Shown: piece after piece, positions 55,122 through 64,000 of the stretch | How the letters are laid out: each line of letters starts with the position of its first letter | Numbering within the stretch: position 1 is the stretch's first letter | Assembly: GCA_951406725.2 (NCBI GenBank) | Contig: OX597819.1 | Coordinates: 81,716,001 to 81,780,000 of the forward strand | Direction of reading: 5' to 3' | Origin: Octopus vulgaris | Taxonomy: Eukaryota | DNA length: 64,000 nt | Notes under the pieces: model-generated | Told to the model about the DNA's origin: nothing | Database searches by the model: none | Seen by the model: the letters and a program-made list of their open reading frames with translations, nothing else | Translations under genes and position numbers: made by a program

Positions 55122-55295
55122 GAAAAGGATTTGTACAAATTGTTTTTGTAAATAAAGATTATGAAAAAATATTAGAATCCTGTTGTCATAGTCTTGTCCA
55201 GAAATAATTTCAGGTAACAACTAAAGATTTTTTTCATCAACATTAGTTATACCCCTTATGTCGTAATAACTTAGCAAAAATCTATTCTCATACTT

Positions 55296-55727
55296 ATTTT
55301 GTTGTGTGTGGCTGGGAAGAGTTGTAGTGCCTTAACATAACACACTCATGGGTTATTTCCACTCATTTATTTATTCCAGAAAGCATTTTTGTGACTGTAT
55401 CAATGGATTCTGACTCTGACTGACTGTTATTGTATTTATGGTGGTGGATAAGCAGAATTGTTTGAGCAATGGACAAAATGCTTTGCATTCGGAATTTAAA
55501 TCAGGTCAAGCTCATCTTTGCCTTTCACTCTTCCAGGGTCGATAAAATAACTACCAGTCAAGTAATAAAATCACAGCTTCAATAACGGACATTCAGAGTC
55601 AAAATCCCTTGATACAGTCACAAATATGCAACAAATAAAAGCTTTCTGGAATAAATAAATGAGTAGAAATTGAACCAGTGAGTGTGTTATATTAAGGCAC
55701 TATGACTCCCACCAAACAAAACAAAAT
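55296..55727. repeat. inverted repeat (arms 55296-55419 and 55593-55727)
   Basis: tagtgccttaa..aacacactca..actcatttatttattccagaaagc..tgtgactgtatcaa is mirrored; the loop segment is duplicated at ~55810-55947. Confidence 0.9.
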
Positions 55728-57693
55728 TTGTTTCGACACATGAACTCACATAAGGAATCTCATACTTATATTAACTATTTATTAATATTTACATGATGTT
55801 ATTAATATTTATTGTATTTACAGTGGTGGATAAACAGAATCATTTGAGCAGCAGACAAAATGCTTTGCATTTTGAATTCAAATCATGCCAAGCTCATCTT
55901 TGCCTTTCACTCCTCTAGGGTCAATAAAATAACCAGTCAAGTAATAATATAGTTACGTGTCAAGTCTCCACAATATTCTGGTCTGGTGCCTGTGAGAGAA
56001 ATCAGTATTTATTTTAATGTTATTAAGGCTATCTCTTATATACAAGACATTGTAAATATGTTTCCTATATGATGCTGTGCAGACAAGATTGATCACATGA
56101 ATAGTTGTCCTTATCCCCTTTTTAGTCAAGTATAACTTGTCATTACTCAAACTATCCTGACAATGTTGAAACCTCTACTTTCATCTTGCTAGTTAACCTC
56201 ACTCTACATGTGCCATAGATACACCTTCATTCAGTCATCTCCCCCAACACTAAGGCCTATTCATGGAAAACTACAAGTTCCAACCTGATGGCAATTATAC
56301 ATTGTATGGATAAAATATGTCTTATCTAGGAATACCATTGGAGTTTCAACATATTGCCTTTGAGTTATTCTCTACTTTAATCACTGATCCCCCCACCCCA
56401 CCCTCACCCCTAAAACTAGTATATTTGAAAGCACTTTTGATAGGATAACATATCAAGTTGATAAGAAATATTTAACTACAAACATGAGTTGGAAGGATCA
56501 GCAGACTTAAATATTTTCACAAACAGGTTCAATCAAACAATTTATTTGGGATAAAATTGACTTTGAATATCTAGCTGATTTCTTAATTTGTTGGGCACCA
56601 GTCACACAAGATCTAGCTGTCGAGTTAAGTCCTCCATTTGACTGGTGTTCAGAGGAGATATTTAGACCAAGATATGAACCATTCTTAGTACTACAGACTT
56701 TGTTAAAGTGTTGTCAATCCAGCACCAAGTTAAATTAAAAGCAAGGATGAAGATTTCAAAATGATGATGACTGAGATACCTGGCCATACTCAAGAAGATC
56801 CATATCCCACAGAAGTGTTAAGACCGACCCTTCAGGTGGTGCTACATAAAAGCACCCAGCACATTCTGTAAAGTGGCTCACATTAAGAAGGGCATCCAGC
56901 TGTAAAGTGGCTGGTAATTAGGAAGAGCATCTAACTGTAAAAACCATGCCAAATTAAACTGGAGTCTGGTGCAGCTTGACAGCTCTGGTCACACCATCCA
57001 ACCCATGCCAGCATAGACAATGGACATTAAATGATGCTGTCTGAAAAAATATCATTAGCAGCCAATCTTCTGACTGAGCTCAAGAAGCTTAGTTTCCATT
57101 AGTTTTTCAAATTGCTGATGTTATCTGTCAGTTGTAACCCCTGATATAGAGGTACATAATGGTAAGTTAATAAAGGCCTTATTATGGATTCAGTTCCACT
57201 GTGTGACACCGTGGGAAAATGTCTTTTACTATTAATCCCAGGCTGACCAATATTTAGCGAGAGAATTTGGCAGATATATGTGTGTGTGTGTGTAAATATA
57301 TCATCATCATCTATTAATGTTGGTTTTCCATGCTGGCATTGATGCATGTCTCTGTGCTATTCCCCACCCACTGTTTGACAAATGGTGTTGGTTTGTTAAC
57401 ATCCATGTAAATTTAGGGGTTCAACAAGAGACACTGATAAAATAAGGATCAGACTTAGCCCCCACCACCCCAAGACAAAAAACCCATAACACTGGTGTTT
57501 GACTAAAACCTACAAGCCAGAGACCCACCACGGTCCAATGACTGAAACAAGCCATAAGACAAAAGATATGGAGTTATATAGAAAGCTTCAGAAACGCTAA
57601 ATTAATAAATGTAAAATAGTGACGGGGGCGGCAAGGGGAAAAAGACAACCAAGCAAAGAAAAATTAAAAATAAATGATACATATTTTTTATTT

Positions 57694-58307
57694 TTACAAC
57701 ATTCCAGGCGTAATCTTTCCTCTTTTAATAGATTTCTTTGATTTTGATGTTTTTACTTTGTCTTTTCTTTTCTCAATATTTCTGACACGTTTTGCCTGTT
57801 TTGCATCCTGCTTCTTCTTCACATTATCTTCACGTTCTTCCCATGCCTTCTTGCGTTTCATTTTTAATTTCTCTTTTCTCTTCAGAGCTTTTTTTAAAAG
57901 CTGGGGATTATCCTTGATTTTTTTCCCCATTGCCTTGTCCAGTGCAGCCTTCATTTTAGCATCTGATCTCAACTTGTCAGCAGCTTCAGAATCTGTTATT
58001 GCCAGCTCTTTCAATTTCTTCTCAGATTTCTCTACTTTAGCTAGAAGCTGTTTGTAATTCTTACCATGAAGTCCTGTTATAGTTTTGCGTTTTTTTTTAT
58101 TAGAGTCACCAATTTCAAGAGATCCGTATAAAAACTTCTCTTCCTGGTTTACTTGTGGAACATCTTTTTCCAATTTCTTGTTTTCCTTTTTAGTTGGATT
58201 CTCTGTCTTTGCAGAGAGAGACTTTTTCTTCTTTTGAAGTTTCTTTTCTTGTTTCTTTATACGCCGTCTTTCCAAAACAACACCTCTTTCAAGTAATTTA
58301 CGTTTGG
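57694..58307 (-). CDS. SURF6: surfeit locus protein 6, last exon
   Basis: Lys-rich; GKNYKQLL, KAMGKKIKDNPQLLKKALKRKEK..K.KKAWEER, KRGKITPG match the SURF6/Rrp14 domain; cctttcattttag acceptor. Confidence 0.93.
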
Positions 58308-60558
58308 CTAAAATGAAAGGAAAGTATAATTAGTAAATTTAGTTATTTAAAAGTTTTGTGATCATATTAACAATGAAATATGTATTTTAATCAATTTTGT
58401 AAAATAATAATAAAGTATTTAAATAAAATGACTTTTACATTGTGACTAGCTGGTGCTTGGAACATAAAATTGCGAAAAGTGTTAATTTAATCATTTAGTA
58501 TTTAGCTCTTTAGCATTCAAATTACCGTCAAATGTAATGCTTATTAATTCACATTGTTTTGAATTAATCATGCATTATCTTGCAGCCTTGAGATTTCAAT
58601 GATGTGAATGTTAGTTTCAAATGACATTCATGGGTAGATGTGGGAGGCCAAATCTAGCCAGTTTGACCACAAAGCAAGTAGAATATTTTGGTCAGATATG
58701 GCCAGTTTAAATGCTAAAGGGTTAAAGCAGCCACATCTGGCCAGATCCAGCCTCTCACCACACCTGTACTACAATGTCATTCAAAAAAAAAAAAAAAAAA
58801 AAAAAATCATATCACTGAAATCTTGAAGCTACAAAATAATGTATAATTAATTCAAAACAAAGCAAATAAATAAATATTACATATGATAAAGTAGAACAGA
58901 GAACAGGCACACATTACATACTCTGGTTTTCTTATTTACCTTACTCTCCCACCCCAAACCACTTCTAATTCCCATTATTGTCCTCCACCTACTATCTCCA
59001 CCAATCACCTTTCTGTGCCTTCTCTCTCCTGTGCTGTTCTCTACCATTAAACCATTAAAACCTTGCTTATCTGCTATCACCCTCAATGCCCTCATATCTA
59101 CCACAACCCTTGCACCCCTGAGCCTCACCTATATTTCTCAACATCGTTTACTTGTCATCTCTAACCTGCCCATTAACCCAGTCCAAACTTCTGTATCACC
59201 TCACTTATTCTCACCACCTTTAATGTCCTGACATCTTTACCATAATCTCTTTCACTACACTCTCCTTATCTTAGCCTCTAACTCATTCTCCTTTCTTTCC
59301 CAGTTGAAGTGTCCATGTATCTACTGCAGGTCACCTATCTCTCTATACTATTAATCTCTCAACTGGCACAAAGCAACCCCTCTCCAATACTACTCCCCCA
59401 CTCCCATTTGAGTGTTTTTTGCCTTTCTCTTGCAAGGTACTTGGAGACCCTGTTGGTGATGGTGACATGCAAAAGAACATCATGTACAGTGTAAAGTGGT
59501 TGGTGTTAGGAAGGACATCCAACTGTAGAAACCATGTCGAAACAGACAACAAAGCCTGGTACAACTTATGGCCTTGTCAGCTCCTGTCAAACTATTCAAC
59601 TCATGCCAATTTGGAAAATAAATGTCAAATGATGATGATTAAGAGGAGGTAGAATCAACCAGTTGAAACTAAAAAGTTAAGATTTAGTATTAAATTTTAT
59701 TTTCACTGGAAAATCAGATTTAGCATGTGATGGCTCTTAAATATGCTTCTTTATGCAACTTAGAGTAGAATGTTAAATAGAAACAAAAATATCTAAATGA
59801 AATTTTTCATACTTCATTATTTGGTCCGAGATAATGTGATGAGAAAATACTTGGGCTCTGATCGCAACATATATATAGTTAACATTTTTATGTATAAATT
59901 TTGCTAACCATAAGGCCGTGTAGTCCAGCACATTTTCAGTTTGTTGTACATTGCAGTGAGATATCATTTAATGTCTGTTTTCTATGCTGGCAAGCTGGGG
60001 AGAATCAGGCTCTAGTCTAATTTGGCATGGTTTCTATAGGCGAATGCCCTTCCTAATGCCAACCACTTAGTGTGTTGGATGCTTTTACGTGGCACCACAC
60101 AGAAACTTTTATGAGGTACTGTACAGGCGCTTTTGTGTAGCACCGCACGGGCACTACCATGAGTGCTTTACACCATCAGAGAGACCAATTAATACTCCTG
60201 CTGCAGAATATGTCTTTTAATATATAGAATATTAAGGCATTAAGCTGGCAGAATTGTCAGCATGTCAGGCAAAATGCTTAGAGGCATTTCATCAATCTTT
60301 ATGTTCTAAGTTCAAATCCCACTGGGGTCGATGTAATTGACTTACTCCTCCTCCGAAATTGCTGGCATTGTGCCAAATTTGAAAATAATAAGTAGAAAAG
60401 TTTACTTTTCATAAACCCAATAAGCCCTAACTCATAACCTCTGAAACACTAATTTATTCAAAAGTTTTACATCAGTAGTATTAAAGGGCTACTAAGAAGA
60501 TATTAAATTAATGTTGCATATTTGCTGATAATTGATTAGCAGATAATTTTCTACTTAC

Positions 60559-60618
60559 ACTGCAAAGATTCAATCTTGTTCTGAAGTTTGATTTCTAATT
60601 GAATGGCATTGTCTTCAG
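60559..60618 (-). CDS. SURF6: SURF6 penultimate exon
   Basis: tttacag acceptor, GTAAGT donor; EDNAIQLEIKLQNKIESLQ resembles SURF6 LRQRLHEKI; phase 1 joins 58307. Confidence 0.8.
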
Positions 60619-60882
60619 CTGTAAATAAACATTGAAAGTAAAATGCAGATTACAAGACATTCAGTGAGACAGAAGATGAGGTGGTAGAAATAAAAATTGC
60701 ATTTTGTTTTGTTTTGAACATTCTGAATTTTAAATTGTCAAGTTTGATTCATCATTATTTTGGGATTAAGAAATTGAATACCAATAATATACTAGATCAC
60801 GAGTTCTCAACCATTTTTTTAGCTATGGACTCCTTTTGATTACTCTTTTATTCTGGTAGACCCATAGCCATTTGTAGTTTAA

Positions 60883-61102
60883 CCCTTTAGTGTTCAAATT
60901 AATATGTCAAAAGTAATCCTTATTCATTTATATTTTAAAATATTAATCTGGTATTATCTTGTAACTTCAAGATTTGAAAAATGTAATTGTTTATTTTTAG
61001 AATGACATTGCAGGGTAGGTGTGAGTTGCTGGTTCTGGCCAGTTTGAGCATAAAATGAGTAGAATATTCGGGCCAGATACAGCCGGTTTAAACATTAAAG
61101 GG
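60883..61102. mobile_element. piggyBac-type MITE
   Basis: TTAA-CCCTTTAGTGTT...AACATTAAAGGG-TTAA. Confidence 0.85.
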
Positions 61103-61220
61103 TTAAAAACTAGTTTTATAGAAATTACTTTCAAAAATCCTATTTTGTTTTACACACATCAACATGTATTGGTTGAACTATGTAAAATGTTAGAGAAAGA
61201 AACCTAGCTGTTTCTTGCAA

Positions 61221-61795
61221 CAGACCCCACCACTCCTGCTGCAAAATGCTCATGCAATAAATTTAATGATTATAATGTACATGTATATTAATTTAGTATT
61301 AATATTTTAATAAGAATAATAATTATTATTAAATACTAAAGTTTTTCTTCTGAGCCTGTTTAGTTATGTGGTGTGTGAAATTTTGTTTGCACAAGACCTA
61401 TGCTCAATGTCCATTCCCAATGTCTGTCATATATTTAAAATACATTCCCAAATATCGTTCCATTCCTTTGATGCCATGTATGAAACAACAACTCACTCGC
61501 TCTTTCTTGAATCAACAGCTAAGTTATTATTCAAATGTGACTCAGTCAATGAATCTAGAATTCTCCCATTTCTTTCACTATCCAGTTGCCAAGGCCTTCA
61601 TCCAGACCCCACCCCATAAGCAAAATGCTTATGAGATAAATTTAACTATTAAAATGTACATGTATATTAATTCAGTATTAATATTTTAATGATAATAATA
61701 ATAATAATTATTAAACACAGGCTTTTCTTCTGAACTCATCTAGTTATGTGGTGCATAAAATTTTGTTTGCACAAGGCCTGTGCTCAATGTCCATT
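61221..61795. repeat. diverged ~195-bp direct repeat (61221-61415 and 61603-61795)
   Basis: cagaccccacc..gcaaaatgct..aatgtacatgtatattaatt..tagttatgtggtg..aaattttgtttgcacaag.cct.tgctcaatgtccatt occurs twice. Confidence 0.9.
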
Positions 61796-62169
61796 TTGCA
61801 CACCCGTTATTAATACCCATGCTCCCACACACCCACTATTCTCTTCGTACATTAACATTTTCACTCGGTGACTCATATGCTCCGTGTTGTGTTTGTGAAT
61901 AAATGTTTTGAGTATACCTTGAAACCCCCTCCTTATACAAGCACCCTGACATATAATACTTAAACTGCCCCATGAAACCACCCTATTATCATACCCACTT
62001 GATGGCTCTTACTCTAGATGTTGGACAAGGTGGGGGGAACTGTGATTGATTGTAATTTACTGAATAAAATATGTATTAAAGCTCTATGCTAGCTGGCAAG
62101 CATTTTTGCAGATCTTTGTTTCAGGTGATGACAAAATTTCCACAACTACCTTACCACCACCACCACTCC

Positions 62170-64000
62170 CAAGTACTCAATCTCAGAGCTGCTACCATCA
62201 ATGTTGGCACAATGAAAGCAAGGAGTGGGGAGATTATTGAAATGTTGGCATGATGCCATGTTGACGTATGTGGTGTACAAGAAGTAAGATGGAGGGGAGC
62301 CTCAGCTAGATTCCTCATGAATAAGAGACAGAGATTCAAATTCTTCTGGGTTGGCAGGAATGATGGAGTGGGTGGAGTAAGCATACTGTTAGCAGAAAAG
62401 TAGGTAGATAAAGTAATTGAGATAGTCAGAATATGTGACAGGGTAATTAAGATTAATTGTCATAGGTAAATTAACAGTTACATTTATCTCTGCCTATGCT
62501 CTTCAGTCTCGGCTGAATAGTGAGCAGAAGGACCAATTTTATGAGATACTTTTGCTGACCACCTCAACAACAAATAACAAAGATTTTGTTATTGTGGTTG
62601 GAGACTTCAATGGACATGCTGGACAGCACCCCAATGGATTCCAGGGAGTGCATGGGGGCTATTGTTTTGGATCTAGAAGAGGGAACAAGACTGCTGGAAT
62701 TCTGTGATGCAAATGATCTCATGATCTGCAACACTAACTTCAAAAAACCAGCCAGCCAGCCACCTAATCACTTATCAGTTGGTGAGCACATAAGTCAGAT
62801 TGACAACCTCCTCACCAGGCAGCGAGATAGATGGTTGCTTAAAAATGCAAAGTCTTTCCCAGGTGAAGAGTGTACAACCCAACATAGGTTACTAGTAAGT
62901 GACTTCAGAATTAGAGCTAGAAAGACTTGGAGAAATAAACCAATCTGCTAAAGAAGACTGGAAGCTTCTGACAATAGAGAGGAAGAGTTGGGGACATACA
63001 GCTTAGAGGACAACTGGAAGTTCCTACGGGACAATTTACTGAGGGCTACAAATGAAATTTGTGGTTGGTGCAGAGTCCCAGCTAAACCAAGGAGGTTGAC
63101 TGCTATAAAAGCAAAAAGACAAACCTGGAAAGACTGGTTAAGTGGTGGAAGCAGAGAATTATATCAGGTAGCCAAAAGAGCAACTAGGTGTCAGGTATAC
63201 ATAGCAAAAGGAGTAGCTGAAGGTAAGAAATTTGCAAATGTTCTACAGCTTGAGGATCAGAGGTATGAGATGTTCAGGATTCCAAGCAGTGTATCAGAGA
63301 AAATCGATATATGGTAGGTGAGAAATGTGTGTAAATGGATAATGGTATGCTTGCACTTAGTGACTCAGAGAAGAAAGATGCATGGAAGTGTCACTATGAA
63401 AGGTTACTAAATGTGGAAAATGAATGGGAGGAGAGTTTACCAAATATCAAACCAATTGAGGGACCAGCCATGAGTTAATACAGAGGTATTAAACTGCTAG
63501 ACTAAGTCATGAAAATTACTGAGAGGGTTATAGCTTAATTGATTAGATATAGAATTAAACTAGATGAGATGCAGTTTGGTTTTGTACCTGGGAAGAGTAC
63601 CAAAGATGCCATCCTCCTAGTGAAACAGCTGCAGGAAAAATACTTGGCCAAAAGTAAGCCACTGTATTTAGCCTTCATTGACCAGGAGAAAGCTTTTGAC
63701 AGAGTTTCCCGCTCTGTTATATGGTGGTCTCTAAGGAAGTTAGGAGTAGAGGAGTGGCTTGTTAGAGCTGTCCAAACCATGTACAGTGATGAATTTAGTG
63801 TTCAGGTAAGAGTTCACCACGGCTCGGTTCACAGACCACTCTTATTCATTATAGTCCTCCATGCCATAACAGGAGTTCATAACTGGGTGTCTGTGGGAAC
63901 TGTTTTAAGCCCTTGTTCTTTTTGCAGAATCTTTAGCAGAATTGGAGAAGAAATTCTAGGTATGGAAACAAAACCTGGAATCAAAGGGCCTTAAGTAGTT
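62170..64000 (+). mobile_element. degenerate RTE LINE (APE endonuclease + RT), runs off window
   Basis: ATINVGTM, VQEVRWRG, GDFNGH, SDF endonuclease motifs; QFGFVPGKSTKDAI, FIDQEKAFDRV; many stops and deletions. Confidence 0.93.

Noticed and set aside
57674-58057. 127-aa Phe-rich plus-strand ORF
   Set aside because: Antisense shadow of the Lys-rich SURF6 exon.

Overview
AT-rich, microsatellite- and SINE-dense metazoan DNA. The repeat families and the 5S sequence look cephalopod (Octopus-like), which is an inference. Three spliced genes can be assembled with phase-consistent GT-AG junctions: (1) the 3' part of a trachealess/NPAS1-3 bHLH-PAS gene (+, 8 exons, 1-13167); (2) a complete 7-coding-exon RDH13-like short-chain dehydrogenase (+, 49522-55121) whose catalytic YxxxK reads FYQSH; (3) the last two exons of SURF6 (-, 60618-57694). 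Near 42-44 kb a solitary 5S rRNA gene (-) runs straight into a chimeric SINE, head-to-head with a decayed glutathione S-transferase kappa exon 1 (+) that may now act as the RDH13 leader exon. The rest is RTE and CR1 LINE remnants, Penelope-like remnants carrying minimal type I hammerhead-ribozyme motifs, a full-length dead mariner, several MITEs, long foldback hairpins, tRNA-derived SINEs and very large (TA)n-type arrays. Almost all long ORFs in the supplied track are microsatellite or transposon artefacts. All protein family calls come from motif recall, not from database searches.
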